Source of the DNA: a virus
IMG/VR virus record: IMGVR_UViG_3300032288_002811
Span: 13,391-77,390 of that record
DNA: 64,000 bases
Strand: one strand, 5' to 3'
The position numbers and the translations under genes were made by a program. Within the stretch, counting starts at the first letter, position 1; each line of letters starts with the position of its first letter. The notes beneath the pieces were generated by a model. It ran no database searches and was not told the origin of the DNA. It worked only from the letters and a program-made list of their open reading frames with translations. Of this stretch, positions 46,840-56,750 are shown piece after piece.

Positions 46840-48264
46840 TTAGTAACCTAGTACTATTCTTATTTGTTCTATACCATCAGGACTTCTTTGCACACCAGTT
46901 CTGTTTTCAAGAAAAGCAATATAACCTGAAAACGGAGAAAAATCTGGAGTCGTGTAGGACAACAAAGTTCTATTAGTTTTTGTATCATTTCTGATAGTAT
47001 CATTGTTAGTCGGCGTTCCTGTTGTATTTATTAGTCTTAAAACATTGGTTGCTGGATCAAAAGATAAAACTCTTGCAGTAAATGTTGCAGTTACAATATC
47101 TTCGGATGGACCTTGATAAACAATCTCATCAGGAACATATACACCAAATCCAGGTGCAACTGTTAGGTCTGTAGTTGTATTGTATATTGCGCCGTTTGCT
47201 GGATAAGGATAAGAAAATCCATCATTTTGTGCTTGCAACCATCTTTTTGATGATGTTGGATTAATAACCAAACCAATTTGATGGTAGTCAATATCAGTAG
47301 GTATTACACCACCTTCAGAACCATTAAATTCTGTTGTGAACATAACATGATTGCAACCCAATTCAGAAACGGGATCGAATCCGTGGCCACCAATAGGTGA
47401 CGTAGGTGCAAACGCTACGGCACCTCCACCCAAAGATGATTCGATTACAACATTTGCGTATGTGTAGTTTGAGCCTGGATTTGTGACTATAATATCACCA
47501 ATTGTGCCAAGACTTACGTTTGCCACACCTGTTGCACCGGTGCCATCACCTGTAACTGTGATTGAAATGACTGCATTTGCTGAATCATAATCGGCACCAC
47601 CGTTTGTTACATTGATAACATCAATACTTCCACGACCAGCCGTATTATTAAAAGGATTTGCTGTATTGTTTCCAATACCAACAGGAATCCATGCTTTATC
47701 CATGAATTTAACTTTTAGTCCAGTATCAATAGTGTAAATGTATTTCCATTTGTAATTATCTGCACCTTGAAATATATTATTTGTATTATATGTTCCTGGT
47801 TGGAAGTATGGTTCTACTGTTGATGCGTTAAGAACCGAATTATCATATTCATCTAATGTTGTGTTATTCCAAAGACATTTAAAAACTTGGTCATATTTGT
47901 TTTTGACATAAAAATTGCGAATCAAATAACCATTACTATCTTGTTCCATCATATTAACATCATCTCGATAATAATCATAAATTACACCAGATTGCCAATC
48001 TATTCTCTGAACTACTGGTGAAATTTCACTTGTTGTAAGCAATTTTGCCACAAACATATTTTTCATCACTTGTTTCATGTACTTCTGGTCGGAAGTTGGA
48101 ACAGGAGGATTAGCTTCGTCTGTCCAAGGATCAGCTTTAGCTAAGAAACAGTATGTTGTGCCAATTGGAGTATTATATTCAGGAATAACGAGTACCGGTG
48201 AAAGGTACTGTTGTTCCACTAAAGCAATTTTAGCTGATGGTGGTATGATATTTTTATTTGCCAT
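46840..48264 (-). CDS. gp8: Baseplate wedge subunit
   Basis: VVQRIDWQSG..YDYY, FYVKN..DQVFKCLWNN, DNYKWKYIYTI, PIGGHGFDPVSELG, ENR..VQRS.DGIEQIRIVLGY. Confidence 0.85.
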   Translation of the reverse strand: MANKNIIPPSAKIALVEQQYLSPVLVIPEYNTPIGTTYCFLAKADPWTDEANPPVPTSDQKYMKQVMKNMFVAKLLTTSEISPVVQRIDWQSGVIYDYYRDDVNMMEQDSNGYLIRNFYVKNKYDQVFKCLWNNTTLDEYDNSVLNASTVEPYFQPGTYNTNNIFQGADNYKWKYIYTIDTGLKVKFMDKAWIPVGIGNNTANPFNNTAGRGSIDVINVTNGGADYDSANAVISITVTGDGTGATGVANVSLGTIGDIIVTNPGSNYTYANVVIESSLGGGAVAFAPTSPIGGHGFDPVSELGCNHVMFTTEFNGSEGGVIPTDIDYHQIGLVINPTSSKRWLQAQNDGFSYPYPANGAIYNTTTDLTVAPGFGVYVPDEIVYQGPSEDIVTATFTARVLSFDPATNVLRLINTTGTPTNNDTIRNDTKTNRTLLSYTTPDFSPFSGYIAFLENRTGVQRSPDGIEQIRIVLGY

Positions 48265-48268
48265 GATT

Positions 48269-48276
48269 TATTTATT
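48269..48276 (-). promoter_or_regulatory. Late promoter variant (AATAAATA), 4 nt upstream of the gp8 ATG
   Basis: AATAAATA-AATC-ATG on the minus strand. Confidence 0.55.
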
Positions 48277-49759
48277 ATGGTTTAGACACTTTTACAAATG
48301 TATTTGCAAGATCCGAATTAATATTAAAGAACCTCAAATGAGCAGAACTTGTTGCTGCCATGGTAAATGTAAGTGAATTGACTGTTGAATTCATTTCTGA
48401 TATACCATGTGTTATTGTACGGCTATTAGTATCAGCATTCACCAACCAAACCTCAACAGCTTTGCCTGTATTAAAATTTGAGTGGGTGATTGTTAAATCG
48501 GCAACCAAGTTTGCTTTAATTACGGTGTCTGTTGAATAATCAATTGCTAGTGTAGTTTGATTGCCCTCTGGTATTCTTACTGTTGGATATATTTGTAAAA
48601 GTGCATTATTTGCTGCCGTAAATGCACCGTTAGCATATAGTGCGGCTGAGTTAGCAACATAACTTGGTGTATTAGCTTGTAAGAATGCACCGTTAGCATA
48701 TACGCCAGCTGGTGTTGCTGTGTTAGCAACTAAGAAAGCCGCATTAGCATACGCTGCAGATGAATTGGCAGTATAACTTGGTGTATTAGCCTGTAAGAAG
48801 GCTGAATTGGCATAACTGGCAGCTGAATTAGCAACATAACTTGGTGTATTAGCTTGTAAGAATGCTGAGTTAGCAAATTCGGCAGCAGAATTGGCTGTAA
48901 GGCTTGGTGTATTCGCTGCAAGAAATGCACCGTTAGCGTATATACTTGCCGCATTTGCTGTACTAAATGCTGAGTTAGCATATCTACCTGATGTTACAGC
49001 TTTAGTGTCCGCAACACCAGCATTAATCAATCCAGAAGATGCGGAATCAGCAGCTGCATTGGCAAATGCACCAGCAGAATTTGCAGCACCAAAGGCTGAA
49101 TTAGCATATTGACCAGCAGAATTTGCTTTTGCATATGCTGAGTTGGCATATGTACCAGCTGAACCACTTGATGTGTTTTGTGAAGAACCATCTGCAAAAA
49201 CTACGTTACGATTGAGTGTCAAAGCACTTGAACTCATTTTTGCAACTACAGCATTGGCTGCACCGCCACCTGCAATAAAACGAATTTCTTTATTTGTTGA
49301 TACAGCACCAACAACCAAGTTTCCACCCCATGTATTACTTGTACTACCTTGTGTATAGATATAACCATCTAAACGATTGATAGAGGTGTCTAAACTATTG
49401 GTTTCTGAACCAGGATTAAAATCTTTGTTTGCATATCCCATGTCAATGAAATATGTTGTGTCTGTACCAGAATTAGCAGTAACAACAAAATCAGCAGAAC
49501 CACCATCATCGGTATTAACCAAATTAGTCTGAATGTAAGAAGCAGAATTCAAAGAGAATTGAGCAATTGTGTCTGGTAAATCAACTATTCTTGCACCAAC
49601 ATTCAATACTTCATTAGAATACAAACCTTGAGCCAAAGTATGTGCTGTGAATTTACCTGTCACACCAGTTGGAATATCCACACCAACCAATAGTGTATTG
49701 GATGTGTTGGAATTAATTGTTGCTATCGCAACTAAGTCTGAAATTTTTACTGTTGACAT
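48275..49759 (-). CDS. Short baseplate-associated fibre, 494 aa, with the same Ala/Asn heptad repeats
   Basis: MSTVKISDL N-terminus, FADGSSQNT module, ~190 aa of YANSAF repeats, C-terminal beta domain; lies between gp7 and gp8. Confidence 0.7.
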   Translation of the reverse strand: MSTVKISDLVAIATINSNTSNTLLVGVDIPTGVTGKFTAHTLAQGLYSNEVLNVGARIVDLPDTIAQFSLNSASYIQTNLVNTDDGGSADFVVTANSGTDTTYFIDMGYANKDFNPGSETNSLDTSINRLDGYIYTQGSTSNTWGGNLVVGAVSTNKEIRFIAGGGAANAVVAKMSSSALTLNRNVVFADGSSQNTSSGSAGTYANSAYAKANSAGQYANSAFGAANSAGAFANAAADSASSGLINAGVADTKAVTSGRYANSAFSTANAASIYANGAFLAANTPSLTANSAAEFANSAFLQANTPSYVANSAASYANSAFLQANTPSYTANSSAAYANAAFLVANTATPAGVYANGAFLQANTPSYVANSAALYANGAFTAANNALLQIYPTVRIPEGNQTTLAIDYSTDTVIKANLVADLTITHSNFNTGKAVEVWLVNADTNSRTITHGISEMNSTVNSLTFTMAATSSAHLRFFNINSDLANTFVKVSKP

Positions 49760-49762
49760 TGT

Positions 49763-52543
49763 TTATCCTATTATTAGAACTCTTCCATCTTCCGTTGTTA
49801 TTAATGTACCATCTTCTGTTGCCATTTCTGGAATATATTGTAAACCGACTGGTCCGTAAATTATTATATCTGCACCGTTTGCTGTGAATGTTCTGTTAAC
49901 AGACAAGTAAGAGTTTGCAGCTGCACTTAAATTACTCGTCAAGTAAATTTTACCACCAGTATAATCTACATAATTAACTGTCTTACTTGTATTATTGCCA
50001 ACAAGAACTTTATCACCAGCATATACAATATCTTTTAATGGATATGCAGTATTACTATACACACCATTATTAACAATATTATATGAATTTGTTATAGTAG
50101 TAATATTTATGACGTTAGAACCAGAGTTACCTGTTACTGTTGCCACATTGGCGAATGTTAACCAAACATTACTCGCAAGTGTAATTGTATCTGCGACCGG
50201 ATCAACTGATAATACTTCTGAACGTATTGTTGGTCCATGTTGTGGAACAATTACTATTTCAGATGATGGTATTCCTGGCACATAACCGTATATAAAATCA
50301 GACAACTCAGCACCAACTAGATTGGTGAAATGTATAACATTATTACTTGGATTGTCAAAATCGGATAATATTTCAAGACCAGATGCTGTATAACCCGTAT
50401 AATACTCTAATGTTTTTCCTTGAAACAAAGCTTCCAATCCACGATAATTAATACTATTATTGGATTTCATTACATTACGACCAATCAGATTTGTTCCTGA
50501 TGGATGCAAAAGTTTCAACAATATGTCTTTATATTTTGAAATTTCTTTTTCAACTGTAATTTGATATGTAAAGTTATTATAAATCAAACTTTGTAATACG
50601 TCAAATGAACTTGGTTGGCCTTGTGATGTTAAATATTGACCTTGACTTACAACCAATCCATTTAAGAATGATGCAGTACCTTTTGCATTACCGTCACCAT
50701 AATTTTCGTGACTGTATACATTATAATTAATATCTTTGTTGTCAATCGTTAAAACTTTTGTTGGATCAGGATTAGAATTATAGTTAAAAACTCTTAAATT
50801 GAATCTTGATAAATCTGGTGTAACACCAACAGAAATGTTTGTTATCGAATCAACAAATGCAATATATGTTGCTGTGTTTATGTTTTCACCTTGATATATT
50901 AAATCTCCAGACAATGGAAAATTACTAATTGAAACATTAGAAACAACAATATCTTGAATCTTTAAAGAAACATTTGGTGTTGAAATATAATCTTCACCTG
51001 GATTTGTTAATTTAATTGTCGTGACTGAACCAGCTCTGTCCACAACAACACCAAGTTCTGCACCTAAACCTAAAATACCAGGAACAATAAGATTTGCACC
51101 AGATGCTTGATTGTTGGCTGAATTTACTGTTAGTGTCGGTAAATTATTAATGTTATAACCCATGCCACCCAAAGGATAATCCACAATTGGACCAGAAACA
51201 TATTCAATGTCTGTAATAGCACCGTTGGCTGCGACTGTTCTAACATTCGCTCTTGCACCAACACCTGGACCACCAGTAAACACAATTGTATCGTTTGCTA
51301 CATATCCATTACCACCATTTACTATTTGTATTGGTGCTAAAATTCCAAGAGAATCTAAACTTTCATAAGTTAAAATATCTGTTAGATACCTAGATTCCAA
51401 ACTAATTTCTGGTATCTGTCGAATACCACCACCGCCGTTAGTGACAGAAATTGCGGCAACTGGATATGTTGAAAAAGAACTAAATGTAAATGCGTTTGCC
51501 AATGTAGTATTGGCATTTGATGTTGCAATATTACTAAAATTATAATTGGTATTACCAATTGTTATATCTTTCTTTAAACCTATTGAATCTGTAGGTATAA
51601 ACGCAACATTTGCGGTTTTAAATGTATCCGGATTAACTGAACCTACTTGTGCTGTTGCGCCTTGTGCGTTTGTTATTGAAACAATTGTGTTTGGATTGTA
51701 TCTGTATCCATAACCACCATCGATAACGTTAATACTTTTGATAGAACCTGTAGTTATTTCTGATACTTCAGCTACTGCACCAACGACACCTGTGTTTGAT
51801 GTTAGACCACCATAAACAACAACCGGATCACCAACTTCATATAAAAGACCCCTATTATTAGGATCAATTTTAACTTGACTGATTTGACCTACAATTTTTG
51901 CTCTGAGTACTTCACCACCAAACAAAACATCTTGGTTATAATTATCAACCACACGAACAAATTCTCCAGATTGAAATAACCTTTCAATATTTGAAATGAA
52001 AACTTCTGTTTTTGTTCCAGCTACAACAGAATTTTCTACTGTTGCTATAGATTTGGTTGTTTCACCAAATAATCTAAGATTGTTAATACTCAATAGATTT
52101 GTATCTAATGAATTTAATTTCAAACTCTTTGCAACATACCACGAACCAGCAGAAGCTTTTAATACTGCATCTTTGGTATAAAAGATTTCAATATCGGTAT
52201 TGTATAGTAATCTAAAAAGGAATTGATAAGAGGCTGGTATACCTTTAGTTTGATATAGCTCTTTGGCAATTTTTATTGCTTTATGTTTATCAACTAGAAT
52301 ATCTTGTGGAAAATATGGTAAAAAATCATTTGTAAAATAATCTATAAATTCTTCGGTTGTTGTATCAACATCTTTGTAATTTAAGAGATTTTTTACTCTG
52401 TTTGTTACTTTACCTTCTTGTTCCATCCACTCATAATATGCTTGTATAAACAATCTGAAATTGGCATAGTCCGGGTTATCCCGAACAAATTCAGGGAGTT
52501 GTGAATCTACTAATAGAGAAGTGTTTTGACCGCTTGTTATCAT
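49763..52543 (-). CDS. gp7: Baseplate wedge initiator
   Basis: SQLPEFVR...FIQAYYEWME, ELYQTKG...SYQFLFRLLYN, YNNFTYQI...LLHPSGT; position after gp6. Confidence 0.75.
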   Translation of the reverse strand: MITSGQNTSLLVDSQLPEFVRDNPDYANFRLFIQAYYEWMEQEGKVTNRVKNLLNYKDVDTTTEEFIDYFTNDFLPYFPQDILVDKHKAIKIAKELYQTKGIPASYQFLFRLLYNTDIEIFYTKDAVLKASAGSWYVAKSLKLNSLDTNLLSINNLRLFGETTKSIATVENSVVAGTKTEVFISNIERLFQSGEFVRVVDNYNQDVLFGGEVLRAKIVGQISQVKIDPNNRGLLYEVGDPVVVYGGLTSNTGVVGAVAEVSEITTGSIKSINVIDGGYGYRYNPNTIVSITNAQGATAQVGSVNPDTFKTANVAFIPTDSIGLKKDITIGNTNYNFSNIATSNANTTLANAFTFSSFSTYPVAAISVTNGGGGIRQIPEISLESRYLTDILTYESLDSLGILAPIQIVNGGNGYVANDTIVFTGGPGVGARANVRTVAANGAITDIEYVSGPIVDYPLGGMGYNINNLPTLTVNSANNQASGANLIVPGILGLGAELGVVVDRAGSVTTIKLTNPGEDYISTPNVSLKIQDIVVSNVSISNFPLSGDLIYQGENINTATYIAFVDSITNISVGVTPDLSRFNLRVFNYNSNPDPTKVLTIDNKDINYNVYSHENYGDGNAKGTASFLNGLVVSQGQYLTSQGQPSSFDVLQSLIYNNFTYQITVEKEISKYKDILLKLLHPSGTNLIGRNVMKSNNSINYRGLEALFQGKTLEYYTGYTASGLEILSDFDNPSNNVIHFTNLVGAELSDFIYGYVPGIPSSEIVIVPQHGPTIRSEVLSVDPVADTITLASNVWLTFANVATVTGNSGSNVINITTITNSYNIVNNGVYSNTAYPLKDIVYAGDKVLVGNNTSKTVNYVDYTGGKIYLTSNLSAAANSYLSVNRTFTANGADIIIYGPVGLQYIPEMATEDGTLITTEDGRVLIIG

Positions 52544-54627
52544 GTTGATTTGGCTGTAACATTGACGATGATTGCGTTTGGATCAAACGGATCAACTGTA
52601 ATAATTCTATTATATGAAGATGAAATAATTGTTGTTGTTGGGCTTGCTGTTACTGTTAATTGTCCCAATGGATTATCAATATCTATTGGATTAAATGCAT
52701 TTAATGTTACAATACCCATTGTATAATCAATTGTACCAATGTTTGCTTCAAATACAGTTTTTGCATTTTGTGAATTATAATAATATGTTCTTAGTGTACC
52801 ATAACGACCTTCTAGGTTTGGTACAGCAGCACCTAAAGCACCAGTTGTTGTTCCTTCTGCTGGTGTTATAGTAATAATAGCACTTGTATATCCGGTACCT
52901 TTAGTTAATACATTAATTTTTTGTATTGAACCATCACCAGTTACAACAGCTTCAGCGGTTGCGCCAGTACCATCACCAGAAATAGTAACAGTTGGTGCGC
53001 TTTGATAACCAAAACCTGGATTCAAAACAGAGATTGTTTCAACACCACCAGTTGACGATGGCACCTCTTCAATATAAACTCCTGGAATTAGCTGAGCAAG
53101 ATTTAATGGATTTCTATATGTTATAGAAGGTGTGGTGGTTACACCACTCTGAAACATACCTCTAATTAATGGTGCACCATAGTATAGATTATATGTTGAT
53201 GGTGTAGTTAAATTTGGTGTAAACTTTTTCTGTAACTGTAATGATATTTCGTTTGTAATTATTGATGTACTTACACCAGCAATAGCTTGACTAAAATCTG
53301 TAACAGAAAATGTTGAATTGAATGTATTTAAATTAGTTGTTGCCAAATTACTAATTGTTGTTTTAACTGCATCTTTAATTTGTGATGCTGTTAAATTTGT
53401 CTTTTTTGGATCATAAAATACATTAGCCGTTAATTGAATATATGTATAATCTGGATCAACAATTGTTGGTTCAACTGTCATAATAGAGACAGGTCTGATA
53501 ACATCTGCAATCAATCTTTCTTTTTGTGTAGCAGATAACACATATGCACCGGATGGTTTAATAGCAACAAACACTTGACCATAAACAGGTGGATCATTTT
53601 CTTGGCCACCCCAAACATTTACTGCATCAAAAGTATATCCTAAATTATTTTGTTGTATAACTGTGATATAATCTTCTTTAGTGACTGCACGCTTTTGTGC
53701 TGAGTATGATTTTGGTGCTTGATACTTAATTGAATCAATAGATTCACGCAAAGAACCTTTTGTTGTTGATGTTACAGGAGTTATCGTAGAACTTGAATAA
53801 CCACCAATTGATGCCATCAATACAAAATTATTTGCACCATAAGCATCTGAACCAGATGTTGTGATGTAAGAAAGTATAACAATATTTCCGTCCGTTATTT
53901 TTTTACCCAAAATACCATCACCAAAAGAAACATCATAACTACCAGAAACATTTTCTTCTAAGAAATAAACTAAAGAGTTTTCATCTAATGTTAGATAATT
54001 TTCAGCTGCTGTGAATATTTCAACGGATGTATTTGTTGATGATTGTTGTACTAATACTTGTAATGTTGTATTATCGATGTTTTCTGCCGGCAAAGAAAAT
54101 ACATATTTTGGATTATTTGTTGAATTTACTGTATATGATAATGTTGCTGGAATACCTTGTTTCAATACAACATTTGTAAATTCTGCTTGATTGGTACCTA
54201 AATTTACGGTACTTGTATAAGAATCGGTTGTTACAAAAGTATAGTTTATACCATCAATTGCTTCCGACATAAACGGTGTAAATTTAGGTAGAGTTAATGT
54301 TGGATCAAAAACCTGATTCACCATTAGATTTATAGTTGCCGTTGGTGCTAATGCAGATTTTGGTACATAATTCATTAATTTGGCTTGAGATACAACCGAA
54401 CTTCTTTGTAACGCAGTATCTAAAAACATTTCATTGGCAACCATATTTAAATAATATGCATTATATTGAGTATTGTATGCAAGAACATCCAAAAGAACAG
54501 ACAAAGCTGAACCTTCATAGTTATAATCTTTTAATGTGTCTTGTGACTGTAAGTATGTTTTCAGATTGTTTTTAATTGTATTAAAATCCAAATCTGTCAT
54601 TTGAATGTTTGAATTAGCACCAGCCAT
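52540..54627 (-). CDS. gp6: Baseplate wedge subunit
   Basis: LDFNTIKNNLKTYL, DYNYEGSALSVLLDVLAYNTQYNAYY.NM..NEMFLDTA, FGDGILGK, ESIDSIKY.AP..YSAQKRAVT.EDY, WGGQENDPPVYG. Confidence 0.93.
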   Translation of the reverse strand: MAGANSNIQMTDLDFNTIKNNLKTYLQSQDTLKDYNYEGSALSVLLDVLAYNTQYNAYYLNMVANEMFLDTALQRSSVVSQAKLMNYVPKSALAPTATINLMVNQVFDPTLTLPKFTPFMSEAIDGINYTFVTTDSYTSTVNLGTNQAEFTNVVLKQGIPATLSYTVNSTNNPKYVFSLPAENIDNTTLQVLVQQSSTNTSVEIFTAAENYLTLDENSLVYFLEENVSGSYDVSFGDGILGKKITDGNIVILSYITTSGSDAYGANNFVLMASIGGYSSSTITPVTSTTKGSLRESIDSIKYQAPKSYSAQKRAVTKEDYITVIQQNNLGYTFDAVNVWGGQENDPPVYGQVFVAIKPSGAYVLSATQKERLIADVIRPVSIMTVEPTIVDPDYTYIQLTANVFYDPKKTNLTASQIKDAVKTTISNLATTNLNTFNSTFSVTDFSQAIAGVSTSIITNEISLQLQKKFTPNLTTPSTYNLYYGAPLIRGMFQSGVTTTPSITYRNPLNLAQLIPGVYIEEVPSSTGGVETISVLNPGFGYQSAPTVTISGDGTGATAEAVVTGDGSIQKINVLTKGTGYTSAIITITPAEGTTTGALGAAVPNLEGRYGTLRTYYYNSQNAKTVFEANIGTIDYTMGIVTLNAFNPIDIDNPLGQLTVTASPTTTIISSSYNRIITVDPFDPNAIIVNVTAKST

Positions 54628-54628
54628 T

Positions 54629-55021
54629 TTATCTGTTTCTCTCTAAAAGAATTGTTGTTGTCGTTGGTTGCGTTGCATTTTCTATATAAAATGTTATTGT
54701 AACTTTGTATGCATTTGTGTCTGGCATAGCGTTTACAGTAACACTTTGTACATTTGCTCTAGGTTCATACGCCTTAATTAAGTTTTTTACAAGGCCTTCC
54801 ATTGTTACAGCAACAATTGGAGATATGTTTTCAAACAACAAACCAGTAATCTGAGAACCTAGGTCAGGATTAAAAAGACGGTCATAATTCTGAGTATTCA
54901 ATAGATTTCTAATAGAACGTGTTACCGCTTGTACATCATAACTCAATGCAATATCAGCCGTCACAGGTTTCTTTGTGAAGGTGAAATCTATGTCGGAATA
55001 TATTCGGTTTATGGTTGCCAT
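54629..55021 (-). CDS. gp25: Baseplate wedge subunit (GPW/gp25 family)
   Basis: YSDIDFTF, AVTRSIRNLL.T...RLFNPDLGS...LLFE, YEPRA, LERNR. Confidence 0.9.
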   Translation of the reverse strand: MATINRIYSDIDFTFTKKPVTADIALSYDVQAVTRSIRNLLNTQNYDRLFNPDLGSQITGLLFENISPIVAVTMEGLVKNLIKAYEPRANVQSVTVNAMPDTNAYKVTITFYIENATQPTTTTILLERNR

Positions 55022-55025
55022 CTTT

Positions 55026-55033
55026 TATTTATG
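55026..55033 (-). promoter_or_regulatory. Late promoter variant (CATAAATA), 4 nt upstream of the gp25 ATG
   Basis: CATAAATA-AAAG-ATG on the minus strand. Confidence 0.55.
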
Positions 55034-55844
55034 AGTTTATCCTAGACTTCAGTTTATCTGAACCTATGTAATTGTTGAATAGGTATGATTCCGTCTGTCC
55101 TATAGTCGAAAACTGGTCTACTTTATTATAATCATCAATAACCGCTCGAGAATTGTTATAAAAAGTAACATCAGAAGTTCTGCGGCCATTCATTAAGTCA
55201 GCAATCGGTTGTAACCCATTGACCATTGTTGACACCTGTGTTGGTGTCAAATTGGTGGTATATGAATATGTTGTCTCAAAAGTTTCTGGATCCACGGTCG
55301 TAGTAACATTGATACTATTTGCGACCAAACCACGATAGGTCTGAATTGTTGTATTTTGTGTGGTTAATGTATTTGCAACCGTCAAACTGGTGAAATTACC
55401 CATCATAGGTGCATTATTTTGTATTCCGTCAGACTGGAAGGTGATGTACATAAGTATTTTACTTGCAGACATTGCAGAAAAATAATGTGGTAATGTTGCT
55501 GTACTTTCGTTTGGCTGTGTTATTCCTGAGATTCTATCCGTATGCAATAAAAAATTATTACTAGCAGCTCTCACATTGTTTGTGGCTGTAACTAGAGTGG
55601 TCATGTTAGACACACTAGTAACTCCTGTAACAGCAATAATAGAATTTGCAGTATTCCATATACCTTGAGTCACATTTGCAACGGGATTAGTAAAATAACC
55701 ACTTGTACTAGAATTTGCCAAGTCTGCGGTTTGCCACTCATTCAACAATGGTGGCATCGTATTCATTGTTGTAATTGCCGTATTCGACAAACTCATGGTT
55801 ATTGTGTTTGCTGAATCGTATCCTAGTCTACTAAAAATGCTCAT
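55029..55844 (-). CDS. Hypothetical protein, 271 aa, downstream of the spike genes
   Basis: Clean ORF with AAGGA SD; Thr/Asn/Ser-rich; no recognised motif. Confidence 0.7.
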   Translation of the reverse strand: MSIFSRLGYDSANTITMSLSNTAITTMNTMPPLLNEWQTADLANSSTSGYFTNPVANVTQGIWNTANSIIAVTGVTSVSNMTTLVTATNNVRAASNNFLLHTDRISGITQPNESTATLPHYFSAMSASKILMYITFQSDGIQNNAPMMGNFTSLTVANTLTTQNTTIQTYRGLVANSINVTTTVDPETFETTYSYTTNLTPTQVSTMVNGLQPIADLMNGRRTSDVTFYNNSRAVIDDYNKVDQFSTIGQTESYLFNNYIGSDKLKSRINS

Positions 55845-55853
55845 AATATATCC

Positions 55854-56750
55854 TTAGACCATTGGTGTTAGTGGTGAACTTGTTGGAAAACCTTTATTTC
55901 CAATATGCGTATGTAAATTCAAAATGTTCTTGTTTATGGTGTCTGTCATCAAACCAGCTTTCATTATTTGGAAAGTACCTAACGGTGCGGTGACAACTGA
56001 TGCAGAAGCAATAAATGACCCAGCACTTATACTACCAACGCAAAGTATATTACCTGGTACTGCAATTGGTGCACCAAGAGGCACACCTATAGACAAACCA
56101 CCTAAAGCAGTAACAAAACCCATCGCACCTGCGCCAATGCCACCAGTCGGACCTGTGTCTATACGACCAAAAGAGAATATCTTATCAGCTGCAACTTCTC
56201 CTTTAACCCTTAGTGTTCCATCAATAGCAACACCTCTTAAACCTGTAGTGATGCTTAATCTACCTAATGGTCCTGAACCTGCCTCTACATACATGTTGCC
56301 TTGTGAAGCAATAGTTGACATACCTTCTACCGTCTGAGTGTAGTTGCCTTTAATATGTTGTGTTACATTACCATCAATTGTTTCTGTTTTGTCACCTGTT
56401 ACGTGCATATTAACATCACCATAAACTGTAATGTTTAATTTACATGGTATATTTCCATCAGTACCTGGTTTTCCACCTTCTACACCAATTGAAATATTAT
56501 GGTCACCAAGTGTAATAACATAACCGTCACCCCAAATTTTATGCACCTCGTCACCGTTAGGATGCATTTCGAGGAATGTGTTTGCACGGTGTTGTAGACG
56601 AACTCTTTCACGGGTTTTGGTGTCATCCAGTTCGAATAGGTGACCTGAATCGGTTCTTGTTACTTTATTATATGGATATACCGGTTGGAAATCCGTATTG
56701 GCTGCGGATTCCGGCTCATTCCATCCAAAATATCTATCTGGTTTGTTCAT
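55854..56750 (-). CDS. gp5: Baseplate central spike, C-terminal part (gp5C-like beta-helix)
   Basis: YPYNKVTRTDSGHLFELDDT..RERVRLQH...FLEMHPNG, VxGD/GN beta-helix repeats, terminal LHTH. ATG at 56750 overlaps the upstream stop (ATGA); the track starts it at 56756. Confidence 0.82.
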   Translation of the reverse strand: MNKPDRYFGWNEPESAANTDFQPVYPYNKVTRTDSGHLFELDDTKTRERVRLQHRANTFLEMHPNGDEVHKIWGDGYVITLGDHNISIGVEGGKPGTDGNIPCKLNITVYGDVNMHVTGDKTETIDGNVTQHIKGNYTQTVEGMSTIASQGNMYVEAGSGPLGRLSITTGLRGVAIDGTLRVKGEVAADKIFSFGRIDTGPTGGIGAGAMGFVTALGGLSIGVPLGAPIAVPGNILCVGSISAGSFIASASVVTAPLGTFQIMKAGLMTDTINKNILNLHTHIGNKGFPTSSPLTPMV

